DNA of 64,000 nt from an uncultured delta proteobacterium (GCA_963785725.1 CAWAWS010000047.1:131883-195882), one strand, 5' to 3'; positions 41,003 through 53,245 are shown, counted from the stretch's first letter. Notes: generated by a model from the sequence alone, not told the origin. Made by a program: numbers and translations.

Positions 41003-41602
41003 ATGCCGCACGTACCGGTTCCCGCAGGCGTCCCCGGAATCTTGAGCCTGTTCGCGTTTCGCCCCGAGACCGCCGGACCGCTCAACCAGCTGGCCGAGGT
41101 GCTGCTGCGCGGGCCGTCGACGCTCAGCCGCGGCGAGCGCGAGCTCATCGCCTCCTACGTCTCGTCCAAGAACGGCTGTGAGTTCTGCTGCGCGTCGCAC
41201 AGCGCGTTCGCCGCGCATCAGCTCGAAGGCGGCGCCGCGCTCGTCGCGGCCGTGAAGGCCGACCCGGCGACGGCGGCGATTTCGCCCAAGCTGGCGGCGC
41301 TGCTCGTCGTCGCCGGCCAGGCGCAAGAGGGCGGCCGCAGCGTCACCGCCGAGGCCGTCGCCGCCGCGCGCGCCGCCGGCGCCAGCGACGTCGAGGTGCA
41401 CGACACCGTCCTCATCGCCGCCGCTTTTTGCATGTTCAACCGCTACGTCGACGGCTTGGCCACGTCGGTGCCGCCCGATCCGGCGATGTACGACGTCGTC
41501 GCCAAGCAGATCGTCGAGCACGGCTACGTGCCGACGACGCCGCGCAGCGCCGAGGCGCCCGCGCTCGACGCCGACGCCGAGGCGCTGCGACACACGGCAT
41601 GA
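41003..41602 (+). CDS. Carboxymuconolactone decarboxylase/AhpD-like peroxidase-related protein
   Basis: RBS GAGGAG; ERELIASYVSSKNGCEFCCASH and FCMFNRYVDGL. Confidence 0.9.
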   Translation: MPHVPVPAGVPGILSLFAFRPETAGPLNQLAEVLLRGPSTLSRGERELIASYVSSKNGCEFCCASHSAFAAHQLEGGAALVAAVKADPATAAISPKLAALLVVAGQAQEGGRSVTAEAVAAARAAGASDVEVHDTVLIAAAFCMFNRYVDGLATSVPPDPAMYDVVAKQIVEHGYVPTTPRSAEAPALDADAEALRHTA

Positions 41603-43095
41603 ACGAGTGGGCGCGCAAGCTTGGCCGGCCGCTGGCCGCGACGGCGATCGCGCTCGTCGCGGCGGCGCCGCTGGCGCGCGCCGACGACACCTTCTTGAAG
41701 CAGAGCCGCGGCGTCGGCCAGCCGGCCGACCTCGACGAGTGGCGCGCGCACGAGCAGCGCGGCGGGCTGTCACCCTACCCCGCCGCGCCGCCGGGCACGC
41801 CCAATCCCAAAGGCGGCCTGCGGCAGTTCGGCGGCTCGAGCAAGAGCTCGTTCGGGAGCACCGACCTCAACGAGCCCTTCGCGCAGTTTCGCGCGCGCAT
41901 GGAGAAGCAGCGGCCGGAGGTCGATCGCGCGGCGCGGGCGGCGCTCGAGGCGCGCTTCGATCTACGCTGTCGCGCCGACCACTCGCTGACGATGTCGCGG
42001 GGCAAGCCGCAGCCGGTCGGCCCGGCCGCGCGACTGCCGGCGGCGACGACGAATTGGGAGCAATACGCGGCCTTGTCGCCCGACGAGCTGCGTCGCCGTG
42101 ACGACTTTCCGTGGAAGCCGCTCGATCATCCGCTGCATTCGACGGCGCACATGGTCTTCCCGAACCAGTGGATCAAAGTCCATCCCGAGCACGAGCGCTT
42201 CGACGTCGGCCTCGATCTGCCCGACTGCTTCCTGCCCGAGTTTCCGCCGCCGCTCTATCTGACGACGCATCCGGAGATGGGTGACGTCTCGCGTGGCGTC
42301 GAGATTACCTACGGCAACTACTTCGACATGTTCAATGGGCTGCTCACGCCCGAGCAGCTCGACGGCCTGCGCATCTTGGTGACGCCGTTCCAGACGACCT
42401 GGTTCAATGTCACCCATCATCGAACGACGCGCGAGCCGTCCGCCGGCGTCACCTGCTTCTCGTGTCATGTCAACGGCCACGCCAACGGCGCCATCGAGCT
42501 CATGCCCGACTCGCGGCCCAACTACGCGCGCCTGCGCGCCGACACGCCGACGTTGCGCGGCAACTATTCGTTCCTCCTCTTCTCGGCCAAGCGCGCCATT
42601 CGTTCGCTCGACCATTTCGCGGCCATCGAAGAGTATTTCGACGGCGACACGACCCTGCTCGCGGCCATCGGCGGGCGCGACCTCGACCGCGCGCAGACGA
42701 ACCACGTCGGCGACTTCAACGCCATCATCGACTTTCCGCCGGCGCCCAAGCTCGACGTCTTCAATCGGCTCATCCCCGACAAAGCGACCGCCAGCGAGCT
42801 GCGCGGCGAGAAGATCTTCGAAGGCAAAGGGCGCTGCATCGGCTGCCATCCGCCGGCGACGCAGTTTCAGGACAACTCGATGCACGACTTGAAGGTCGAG
42901 CGCTTCTATCGCGGGCGCGCCGAAGGGCCGATCAAAACCTACACGTTACGCGGCATCAAAGACTCGCCGCCCTACCTGCACGACGGTCGCCTCTTGACGC
43001 TCGAGGACGCCGTGCAGTTCTTCGACGTGGTGCTGCAGACCAAGCTGACGCACGACGAAAAGCAGGATTTGACCGCTTATCTGCGCGCGCTTTAG
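41599..43095 (+). CDS. Secreted diheme cytochrome c peroxidase/MauG-superfamily protein
   Basis: Signal peptide; CFSCH and CIGCH; DTPTLRG and KTYTLRGIKDSPPYLHDGRLLTLED; ATGA overlap with the upstream gene. Confidence 0.88.
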   Translation: MNEWARKLGRPLAATAIALVAAAPLARADDTFLKQSRGVGQPADLDEWRAHEQRGGLSPYPAAPPGTPNPKGGLRQFGGSSKSSFGSTDLNEPFAQFRARMEKQRPEVDRAARAALEARFDLRCRADHSLTMSRGKPQPVGPAARLPAATTNWEQYAALSPDELRRRDDFPWKPLDHPLHSTAHMVFPNQWIKVHPEHERFDVGLDLPDCFLPEFPPPLYLTTHPEMGDVSRGVEITYGNYFDMFNGLLTPEQLDGLRILVTPFQTTWFNVTHHRTTREPSAGVTCFSCHVNGHANGAIELMPDSRPNYARLRADTPTLRGNYSFLLFSAKRAIRSLDHFAAIEEYFDGDTTLLAAIGGRDLDRAQTNHVGDFNAIIDFPPAPKLDVFNRLIPDKATASELRGEKIFEGKGRCIGCHPPATQFQDNSMHDLKVERFYRGRAEGPIKTYTLRGIKDSPPYLHDGRLLTLEDAVQFFDVVLQTKLTHDEKQDLTAYLRAL

Positions 43096-43912
43096 TTGGC
43101 GTATTTCGTAGGCGCGGCCAGGAATTTGTCGCGGCAGGCGTCGCTGCAGAACCAGTAGCGCCGGCCGCCGCGGTCGACGTGCAGGTCCGATTCGCCGACG
43201 GAGACCGCCATCTTGCACACCGGGTCGACGACGAGCTGCCGCGCCGCCGCCGCCGCCCCGCCGGCCGGCAGCGCGCGCAAGTAGCCGACGAGCGCCGTCA
43301 GCTGCGCGGCGTTCAGCTGGCCGGCGTAGCTCGGCATCGTCGCGCCATAGCCGTCGACGACGTCGGCGGCCGGCGCCACGAGCGCGGCGCGCAGGTAGGC
43401 TTCATCGGCGACGACGTGGCGGCCGTCGGCGAGCGCGACCGTCGCGCCGAAGAGGCCGGCGAGCGACGGCGCCACGTCGGGCCGCGCGTGGCAGCCGGCG
43501 CAGCCGAGCGCGTCGTACAGCGCCGTGCCGCTCACCGGCACGTGATCGGCGGGCGCGGCAGCGGCGACACCGGGCAGCTGCGTGGCGTCGGCGACCAGGC
43601 GCTTCAAATCATCGGCGTCGCCGGAATCGTATGCGCCACGAACGATTCCGGCGGCGTCGACGAGCAGGAAGCGATCGCTGTGCAAGATGGGATCGTGCGC
43701 GTCGGTCGTCGCCGCGAGGAGGACGCGCATGCCGGCGGCGGTCGCGTGCAGCGCCGCCGGCGTCGTGGCCAAGAGGCGCCAGCGCGTCTCGTCGCCGTGC
43801 CACTGCGCCGCGTAGGCTTTGAGCGCGGCCGGCGTGTCGTGCGCCGGATCGACCGAAAACGACACGAAGCGAACGTCGGAGCGGGCCAGCTGCCGCTGCA
43901 GCATCGACAGCT
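43092..43912 (-). CDS. SCO-family + cytochrome c + YHS domain protein, N-terminus lost at the junction
   Basis: VSFSVDPAHDTP, HSDRFLLVD, CAGCH...MPSY and DPVCKM...YWFCSDAC; the SCO CxxxC motif is absent. Confidence 0.8.
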
Positions 43913-44449
43913 CGTCCGGTTCCTCCGCGGCAAAAGCCTTGATGATCCCGAAGTCACCCAGGAACGCGTTGCCGTGGCGATCAAACAAGATGTTGGCCGG
44001 CTTGACATCGCGATGAATGTGCCGCTGGGCGTGTACGAAATCGAGCGCCTTGGCAATCTCGAGCAGCCAGTCAGAGAGGGATGCCGGCGGCATCGGCACC
44101 GGCTCGTTGCGTGGCCCCGCATTGAGTCGATCCTTCAAGCTGCCGCCGGCGAGAAACTCCATGACCACAAAGGGATTGCCATCTCTGTCGCCGACGTCAA
44201 GCACTTTGACGACATGCGGATGGCTTAAATGCACAAGTGAGCGAATCTCACGGCCAAAGCGGTCGAGAAATTCCGGCCCGGCGGCGGCCTTGTCGGCCGG
44301 CACGGGAAACTTGAGCACCACGTCGGTCTCGAGATGGTGATCGTACGCCAGGTACACCCGGCCCATGCTTCCCTGACCGATTCGGCCGAGAATCTTGTAC
44401 CGGCCCGCGGCGACATCGATGCCGATCCATTCGTCGCTGATGGGAGTCA
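43913..44449 (-). CDS. Ser/Thr protein kinase, N-terminal part only (truncated after DFG)
   Basis: GQGSMGRVY, HRDVKPANIL and GDFGIIK; activation loop and later subdomains missing; start approximate. Confidence 0.85.
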
Positions 44450-44585
44450 CGATGCCGAGCCTTTGCGCGAATGTGCCTGACTGGCCACGCCAACAACACT
44501 CCCTCAATTCCAATCGATCAGTAGCACCTCGGAGTGAAGAAATGGTGAAGATCCGAAGATCGGTGCCGGCCGGCCAGAATCCGCT

Positions 44586-46081
44586 TCAGGTCGATAAACC
44601 CTCCGCGGCGGCGGCGGGGGCAGCCGAGACCGCGGTTACCAGCGGCCCCGTCGGCAGGACCACCCGAAAGCAGCTTCCCTGACCGGGCTGACTGGAGACC
44701 TCGATCCGGCCGCCGTGCCTGGCGATGATGCCGTGGCTGACGGAAAGCCCCAGCCCCATGCCCTGGCCCGGAGGCTTGGTCGTGAAAAACGGATCGAAGA
44801 TCTTCGGGATCAATTCGGGCGCGATTCCGCAGCCATTGTCGCGAATTTCCACGACAACCACGTCGTCCGCGCGCTCGGTCGAGATCTCGATCCGGCCATC
44901 GTCGTTGCCAGCGACCTCGATCGCCCGGGCGGCGTTGGCCAGCAAGTCGAGAAACACCTGGTTCAAATCGGCGACGGCCCCTTCGATCGCGGGCACGTCT
45001 CCCAGCCGGCGGTCGACCGTGATCCGCAGGCGCGACATCGTTTCGGTGAGCATCATCAGACACTGGTCCATACATTCATTGATTTCAAGATCGCCGATTT
45101 CCGCCCGGTCGAGCCGGGCAAACCCGCGGAGCTTTTCCACGATCTGGGCCACCCGAATGAGCCCCTTGTAGGTGGAATGGACAATCCGCGGCAAACTCTC
45201 CTCGAGATACCCAAGGTCAGATTCGTCCCTGTATCGCGAAATCGCCGCCAGTAGCTCCGGCCGTGATTCGCAAAGATCACCACTCATGTGCTCATACCAG
45301 GCAATGATCTTGAAAACTTCGCCGATATCGCGCTGGAGAATCGCCAGATTGTTGACGGCAAATGCCAGGGGATTGTTGATCTCGTGGGCCATGCCGGCGG
45401 TGAGCGTGCCCAGTGCGGCCAGTTTCTCCGAGTGCACCAGTTGCGCCTGGGTTTCTTTCAGCTCCAGATTGATCTGGCGGAGCCGTTCATTGGCGGCGGT
45501 CAGCTTCTTGGTCCGGCGCCGCAGCTCGTGCTCGGCGTGCACGCTCGTCGTCACGTCTTTCAGGTTGCAACGAATGTGGTTGACCTTGCCGTCACGCTCA
45601 TAGCGTGCCTGGGTCGAGATCCGGATATAGTGCCACTCTTCGGTTCGGCTCTTCATCCGCAATACCAGATCATAGCGCTCGCCTATCTCGCACGCCTGGA
45701 GAAACTCGGCCGCCGCCAGATCGCGATCATCCTGGTGCAGGTACTGGAGGAAACTCTGGTGCAAGAGCGATTCGAGCGATTGCCCCAGCAACGGCGCAGG
45801 CTTTCCGAAACCTCCAGCCAGCGCAGGCTCATCGGCTCGAGCCGGCAAATCATCTCGTCGGCCGCAGTCGGGTGCATTCCGGGAATCGGTATGAGCATCG
45901 ACCTGGTGACGACCCGCTCGGCGGGCTCAGACGACACGGGCAAGAAAAATCCGGTCGACGTACCGCTATTGCTCATGGCCGACAGCGCCAGGCAACTGGC
46001 GCAGACAACACTCTCACCCGCGCCATCCGTATCAATCTCGCTCACTTCGCCGCACTGGGGGCACCGCACACTGGAGGTCAT
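44586..46081 (-). CDS. PAS sensor histidine kinase with N-terminal Zn-ribbon (frameshift near 45790)
   Basis: CPQC...CASC; PAS (YLHQDDR); QLVHSEKLAALGTLTAGMAHEINNPL; DPFFTTKPPGQGMGLGL. Confidence 0.88.
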
Positions 46082-46228
46082 CGATGGGTCCCTGGGTGTC
46101 GGCTCTGGAAATCGACGCCGGCACCGATTGTACATTGCGATGTGCAGATCCGATGAAGTTACGGAGCGGCAAGCCCGACCGCGACAAGCGTGCGCGACAG
46201 GGGGCACACTTCGCGGCCGCTTCCAGTC

Positions 46229-47204
46229 TCAATTGCCGCCGACCGGCGACAGTCGCGGCGCAGTCGGCCGGGCTGCCCCCACGACAATATTGCCGTCACG
46301 GCGCGAAGTCACAAAGAGCGCACGGTCATGATCGAGCGGCCAAAAACCTTCGAGCTCGTCGTGAGGGGGGAATGTGAACGATTTCAGGCGAATTCCCGGC
46401 CCATCAACTCGTCCACACGCGAGCCCTTTTGCGAGGTCGATGATCTCCAGCCGCCAGCCTCGTCCCTCGATCACATTTTGAACGCACGTCAAGCGGCCGG
46501 TGTTAGCGTCCCAGTGCAAATTCTGGTTAAATGGGCCGCACAGCATGTGAAAGACCTCGACCCCCGGCGCGCTTGATCGATGTGCCTTGAGCAGCGTCTC
46601 GGGATCGTAAAGCCGGATTTCCGGATGAATGTCGCCGTAATCGGCCGTCGCGATCAGTTTTCGACCCCCGATCGTCACGAATGTGGGACGGCAACCATTG
46701 ATCGCGACATCGTCATCAATCGAGTCGAGCACAGCGCGTATCGAGGTTGCCGTCACTCCAGGCCCTCTGCCAGTCGAGCCGAAAAATCCGGGCCTTCTTG
46801 TTGACCGTATCTCCCAGGAATGTGCCCCAGCGGTCATCCCACGTCAGGCCGGTGGGGTGGATGATCAATGGGCGGTCGGCTTGCCGCAGCCATACTTCGC
46901 GTCCGGTCGGGATCAATTCCATGTCATATTCGCGGATCACACCGACGCGCGGCTTGACCGAGTAGACATCGCCATAAGCATAGATCCGGCCGTCCCGCAC
47001 GGCGATTCCCTGACAGGCTCCCAGCTTCGCGTCGGTCACAACACGGGGATTTTCGACAGCGGCGTCGGCCGTCCACGAGGCATCCGGGGGTGGGGTTTGT
47101 GCAGTGGCGGCAAAGCGACCGAAGGGAAGAATGGGCAAAGCCAGGAGAACCACGATACCGAGCAGGCCCGCAACGCACAGCGACTTCCTACAATGTTCTT
47201 TCAT
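46229..47204 (-). CDS. Exported hypothetical protein (frameshift near 46750)
   Basis: Signal peptide in 46716-47216 and coding-like continuation in 46229-46837. Confidence 0.6.
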
Positions 47205-47243
47205 GAACGCTCTCAATTATGATGTGACACTATTCATCAAATC

Positions 47244-49877
47244 TCAATGGCGAGGCAGCACGAACGCCGCGCGCACCGGCGGCGGCATGACGGCGTCGGC
47301 TCCCTTGACGGCCTTCCAGATGATCTCGTTGAAGAGCAGGTCGTCGGCGCGATCCTCGACTTCGAGGTCGAGCCGCATCGAGACCTCGGCCATCGGGCGA
47401 TCGCGGCGTGTTCCGGGCGTTCAGGTCGACCCGCGCCGGCCGATGGACGTAGGGGGTGAAGTCGGGCTGGCGCGGTGAACGAGGCGAACATCGGCCGCGC
47501 GGCCGCGTCGAACTGGGACATCGGCTCGAGGCCGAGGATCAACTCCATCGTCCGCAGCATCGACGAGGTGCTGTACAGCGTCGAATCGACCGAGTGCCGC
47601 TTGATATACGGGCTGATCGCCAGGGCGACCGTCCGGTGGGCGTCGACGTGGTCCGAGCCGTTCTGGGCATCGTCCTCGACGACGAAGATCGCCATCTCCT
47701 TCCAGAACCGGCTCTTGGACAGGCCCTCGACCAGCCGTCCGAGCGCGAGGTCGTTGTCGCCGACGCAGGCCGTCACGGTCAGCTTGCCGGGCGACGTGCC
47801 CGAAGTGTGGTCGTTGGGCAGGTGCAGGATGACGAGCCGGGGCATCTCGCCGGCCTTTTCAAACCCGGCCAGCTCTTCGAGGAACCGGTCGGTTCGCTTG
47901 ACGTCGGGATAGTCCAGGTCGTAGCTGCGGAACATGGGATCGAAGTGGCCCTCGAGCGCCTTGACCGAGGCCGTTGCCGGGTCGGACGGCGTGTCGTGCC
48001 GTTGGCGACCCACTCGCCGTAGCTGCGATAGCTGACTCCCTTGGCCGGCGGCCTTGTCCCAGATGTAGCCGCCGGCGGGCCGGGCGACTTCGTCCAGGGC
48101 CCCCTCGGCGGGATAGGGAGCCCGGCGGTCGCCGCGATAGCCCAGCGGCCAGATCCGCTCGACGAAATCGGTGGCATAGGCCCCCATCGACCATTCATGG
48201 CCGTCGGCGCTGACTTCGCTCTCGACGTAGAAGTTGTCGAGCAGCACGAACTCGCGGGCCAGCGCGTGGTGGTTGGGCGTGACTGGCCTCGGGGAACAGG
48301 CAGAGGTTCGGGTCGCCGTTGCCTTCGGGCATGTCGCCGAAGACCTGGTCGTAGGTGCGGTTTTCCTTGACGATGTAGATGACATACTTGATCGGCGACG
48401 GGTCGCCGACCTTGGCGGGGATCGGGTTGCCCGGCGGCGGGGCCTGGTGCCGGTAACCGCCGCGGGATCGCCGCGCCGCAGCGGGCTGCACTCGTAGACC
48501 GTCTGCGAATAGGCCGCCATCTGGCGTGGGGCCGGCATCGGAATGGTCGAGAGCGTCCCCTGGAAGAGGCCGCCGATGTATTCGATGGTCGGGACTGCGG
48601 CCGCCGGCGAATCCCGGGCGCGGGCCGTCGCGATTGGCGCGCGAGCTGCCCCCTTGCCGTTGGCCACGTAGATCGTCTTGCCGTCGCGCGCCAGCCGCAC
48701 CGACGTCGGATACCAGCCCGACCGGGATGAAGCCCAGCGGTGCGCTGCCGCCCGGGTCCTTGACGTTGACGACGGCCAGGTCGTTGGTGTTGGCGTTGGC
48801 GACGAAGAGCATCGACTCATCCGGCGAGAGAGCCAGCGAATTGGGCGTGCTGCCCGGCGGGGCCTTGGGGTCGATCGCCGTGCCGATCGTCTCGATCGAC
48901 TTGCCGGCCTCGGTGTCGATCACGCTGACGGTGTTGCGGTTGGCGTTGGCGACAAAGAGGATCTTGCCGCCCTGCGCCAGCAGCATCTCGTTGGGGTGCT
49001 CCTCGGTCGTCCAGTGGCCGGTGACCTTGAACGTGCTCGGTGTTGACGACGGCCACCTTGGCCTTGCTCCAGAGGCTGACATAGAGCCGCTGCCGCGACT
49101 CGTCGAGGCCAGGCCGTAGGGGTAAGCTATTCGGCCTCGAGCGGGAGCTCGCCTTGGAATGCGCCCGATCTCGGCGTCGAACCGTCCCACCGAATGGCCG
49201 AACGCCGCGGCGACGTAGAGCGTCTTGCCGTCCTTGGAGATCGCCAGGCCGGCCGGCACGCGCTGGTATTTCTTCGGCCTTCTCGCCCTCGGCGGGATTG
49301 CGCTGCGCCAGGAATTCCTTGCGGTCGGGGTACTCGAAGATGGCCTTGTTCGAGAGCAGGCCGTCGGCGTGGTCGAATCGGTAGATCCGGTCGTCGAACC
49401 CGCCGCCGGCGAAGAGCCGCTTGCCGTCGGCCGACCAGACCAGCCCGGCGAAACTCGTCGGGAGCGACGACGCGGCCGATCATCCTGGCCGGTCGGCCTG
49501 GTCGACCGTCACGATCTCGTGCTCGCCGTAGCCGGCGTGGAGAATCGCCAGGATCGGCTCGGTCGGATGCACGGCGATCTGGACCGGCAGATCGCCGAGC
49601 TTCGTCTGGCGGCCGGCCGGCTTGAGCGACCAGCCGTTGGGCAAGAGCGACCGTGCCTAGCGCGGGTCATGCCGGGCCAGATCACGGTCTGCTTCTGAGT
49701 CGAGCCATCGGCTTGGGCCGGGGAACTGTCGATGGGGTTGGTTGCGTGATCGGCGGCTGTGCGCGTGGGGGATTTCGGTTCGGGCCGCGGTTTGTCCTGG
49801 CCGGATGCGCGACTGGCCGTGGCGAAGGCGCAGGCCAGAGCCAGCAATATCTCGATCTTCAAGATCCGTCGTTCCAT
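47244..49877 (-). CDS. YncE-like beta-propeller + alkaline phosphatase/phosphoesterase protein (multiple frameshifts)
   Basis: YIVKENRTYDQVFGD, TPNHHALA, SADGHEW, LPNDHTSG and EDDAQNGSDHVDAHR across several frames. Confidence 0.88.
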
Positions 49878-50239
49878 GAATGATTCCTTGGGATATTCAC
49901 CGCGGGCCGAATCCACACGCCTGTTCCGCACGCTCGAAAGCGCCCCGAGGTTCCAGCGTAACGGCCCGATTTTGGTCGGGCCACTCCCCACGTACTTCTA
50001 CGCGGAATCTTCAAGAGACCCTTCGCGTGCTCTGGTCCCGGTGGGACCGGCAGAATCGCTAGATTTCACGCGGGTGCGTTCACAAACGATCGCCGCCATC
50101 TCAACCCGGGCGGTGACTCAACCGAAGTAAGGGCTTGTGATGGTTCGATTCCATCGTCCTTTCGCGAAGCCAAAAGATCGCCGGCGTCTCGGCGTGCCGT
50201 CGCGGTCAACTGGAGGTCCACGTGCTTCAATTCCCGGCG

Positions 50240-51910
50240 ATGTCGCTTGGTCTTGAAATCGAAGATGATGCGTCTCCAAGCTCCCGGCGCTTTCTCCAGG
50301 CGACGTGGGCCTTTGTGTGGCTGGGGGTGTTACTGCGGGTGGTGACCTTCGCGCTCAATTTTCCGCTCTGGGGAGATGAGGCGTTTGTCGCGGTCAATCT
50401 TGATCACGCGGGGCTATGCCGATCTGCTTCGGCCGCTCGACTACGGCCAGATCTGCCCGCTACTCTTTCTCTGGCTGGAATTGACGGCCGTCAAGATCCT
50501 GGGATTTTCGGAGTGGTCGCTCCGGCTGGTCCCGACGCTGGCAGCGTGGGCGGCGTGTTTCTGTTTGCTCACATCGCCGGCCGAGTCACGCGGGGGGCGG
50601 GCCGGATGCTGGCCGTCGCGATTTTCGCCGTGGCTTATTACCCGATCCGGCACGGGGCCGAGGTCAAGCAGTACTCGACGGACCTGCTGGCGTCGCTTGA
50701 TTTGCTCGCACTGGCGATCGAGTGGTGGCAAGAACACCCAGCAAAATCGCTGGCTCTGGGCACTTGCGGCCACGCGTTCCCCTGGCGCTCGGGTTGTCGC
50801 ACCCGGCGGTGTTCGTGGCCGGCGGCATTAGCCTGGGGCTGGCGGCCACGGTCTGGAAGCGCGACGGCAAGCGGCACGCTCGTGCCGTTCGCCGCTTTAT
50901 AACCTGGCGATGGTGGCCACGTTCCTCGGTCTCTTCGTCGTCTTCACGAGCGAGCAAGAGCGCCGCATATCTCATCGATGTTCGATCGAACTACTGGGTC
51001 GACGGCTTTTCCCCCTTGGACGAGCCCTTGAAATTCGTCGGCTGGCTGGCCGAAGCGCACACGGGCCGCATGTTCGCATACCCGTTCGGTGATGCGCGCG
51101 GGGGCAGTTCGTTCACGACGCTCTGTTTCGTGGTGGCGCTGGTCTCACTTTGGCGGCGCAGCGAGAAGACGCTTGTTGGTACTGGCGCTGGGGCCGTTCG
51201 GGCTCGCGTTCGTCGCGTCGGTGCTGGGCCGTTATCCCTATGGCGGAAGCGCACGAACCATGATCTTCGCGGCGCCCGATGATCTGTCTGCTGAGCGGCC
51301 TGGGGCTCGCCGTCATGATCGGCCGGGCTCCGCCGCGCTCGGGTGCGCAGACTGGCGATCTTCGCGGTCACGGGCTGGTCTGGCGATAAGCGGAATCGTC
51401 TTGCTCGGGGTGAAAGTGGCTTTCCCCTACAAGAGTATTCCCGACCAGAACTCGCGTGCGTTCGCGCGGTCGTTCTGGACCGAAAAGGCGCGTCGACTCT
51501 CAGCTGGTCTGCGTGAAATCGGACATGGGGCTCGGTTTCAACCGTCGCAACTGGACGTTCTTCCGATCGGCCCTTTACCTGTGCAATCAAAAGATTTACT
51601 CGCCCCGTCATCGCCAGGGCGGCGCGGTCGAACTGGAAGACCGTATCGGCGGAGCGGCCGTTGCGCTGCGTGCTGTATAACGAATGGCCCGAGAACAAGC
51701 GCCGCGTGTTCGCTCTGGCTGCGGCAGATGACGGAGCACTTTGAGATCAAACGCCGGGAGACATTCATCATCAACGAATCCAGTCATCGCGACGACGGCA
51801 CCGATGTCGAGGACCGATATACGGTCTTTGACTTCGTTCCCAGGCAAGGGCGGCCGACCCAGCAAGTCGCACGCGAGGCGTCGCCCAGATCAACCGCTGG
51901 CACCTACTGA
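50240..51910 (+). CDS. GT39/ArnT-like membrane glycosyltransferase (multiple frameshifts)
   Basis: PLWGDEA, PLDYGQICPLLFLW, SEWSLRLVP, EVKQYSTD and YPYGGSAR in different frames. Confidence 0.75.
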
Positions 51911-53245
51911 GTCGCGGGCAAACGCACGCAATCGCGTGGGCTGAAGCCGATGATTGGGCCGCCAGGTCTCTTGCCCGTCCGCCGCCCGATGCGCATGACA
52001 GCCCAGCGCCACCGCGACCAGCAGCAAGAGCGACCACGTGGTCGCGCCGAAGCTGTCGAGCACGAGCGTGAGGTCGCGGCCGACGACTCCCCGGTCAAGC
52101 ACGAGCACCAAGATGACGTAACCCGCCAGCGCGAGATTCATCCAGCCGGGAAGTGAGCCGCGGGCCAAGCGGACGCGCACGATCAGGTAAAACGCCGGCA
52201 AGACCGCCACGCAATGCTGCCTCCAGGTGAGTGGAGAATAGAGCAAGATCAACAGCGAAACCACGGCCCCTTCCCAGAGGACGGATTCGTGGCCACGCTC
52301 GTGTGCGGGTTTCCGGAAGCGCCAGGCAATCAGGGCGAGCACCACAAGCATCGCTCCCTTGATCATCGTTCCCGCGAGCGGAGGTGAGAGGTCGAGCCAC
52401 TCGGCATGCCATGACGGTGCGATTCGTCCCTTGTGCCCTGCGGGCAAATGCATCAGGAAACGCGCGAGCGTCGGCTTGAGCGACACATTCCAGACCTCTT
52501 CCTGACCCAGGACGCCCATCGACGGATCCGATTGCCGCAGGCCGTTCCAGCAATTGCCGACCCATGCCCTCAGGTGGCGCTCATAAAGTGAGGGGCCCTG
52601 GCGCAACAGCGGTGTCAGCGTGAAGATCACGGTGAACGCCGCGGTCGCACCGGCCATCTTCCATTGCCGCTTGAGAATGAAATACGGCAGAAAGAGGGCC
52701 TGAGTGCACTTGAGTGCGATCGCCAGACCGAGGCAGGCTCCCCCCAGCCAGTCGCGGCGAATTCTCCAGAGAGCCAGGCCGCTCCACGCCAGAGCGACCA
52801 TCAGCAGGTTGGGGCCGCACTCGGGCAGCTCGCGAATTACAAACCGGCTCGAGAGTGCGATGGCCGCCGTCGTCGTCCAGAATAGCGGCTCCTTGGCCAG
52901 AGGGAGCGACCGGCGAGTGAGACGGTCAAGCACGAAGATCAAGGCCAGGAGCGAAAGCAGCCCGATCGGATAAGCGACGACATGAGCCCAGCGCTTTGGT
53001 AAGAGCGAAAGCGGCGCACACGCCATTCCCCAGAGCGGCAGATACGGAGTGTGGCCGATCTGATAGAGATACTCCCCCGCGATGAACCGCTGGCCGAAAG
53101 TCCAGTGGAGGCGGAAGTCGTCCTGAGCGAAATCGTCAAAGACGCGCACCCATTGCGAGACGGCGATCGCCGCGGCCAGGGCCAGCACAGCGATTCGCGC
53201 GGCGCAGCCGTGCCGTCGTCCAGAATTCTGACCGAGCGCTCCCAT
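51890..53245 (-). CDS. GT87/DUF2029 family membrane glycosyltransferase
   Basis: DFRLHW, PYLPLW, LGLAIALK and SPLTWRQH; multiple TM helices. Confidence 0.8.
   Translation of the reverse strand: MGALGQNSGRRHGCAARIAVLALAAAIAVSQWVRVFDDFAQDDFRLHWTFGQRFIAGEYLYQIGHTPYLPLWGMACAPLSLLPKRWAHVVAYPIGLLSLLALIFVLDRLTRRSLPLAKEPLFWTTTAAIALSSRFVIRELPECGPNLLMVALAWSGLALWRIRRDWLGGACLGLAIALKCTQALFLPYFILKRQWKMAGATAAFTVIFTLTPLLRQGPSLYERHLRAWVGNCWNGLRQSDPSMGVLGQEEVWNVSLKPTLARFLMHLPAGHKGRIAPSWHAEWLDLSPPLAGTMIKGAMLVVLALIAWRFRKPAHERGHESVLWEGAVVSLLILLYSPLTWRQHCVAVLPAFYLIVRVRLARGSLPGWMNLALAGYVILVLVLDRGVVGRDLTLVLDSFGATTWSLLLLVAVALGCHAHRAADGQETWRPNHRLQPTRLRAFARDSVGASG

Noticed and set aside
43092..44513. Novel kinase-SCO-cytochrome c-YHS fusion protein
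   Set aside because: Both the kinase and the SCO domain are cut mid-domain exactly where sequence style and error rate change; best explained as a chimeric junction.
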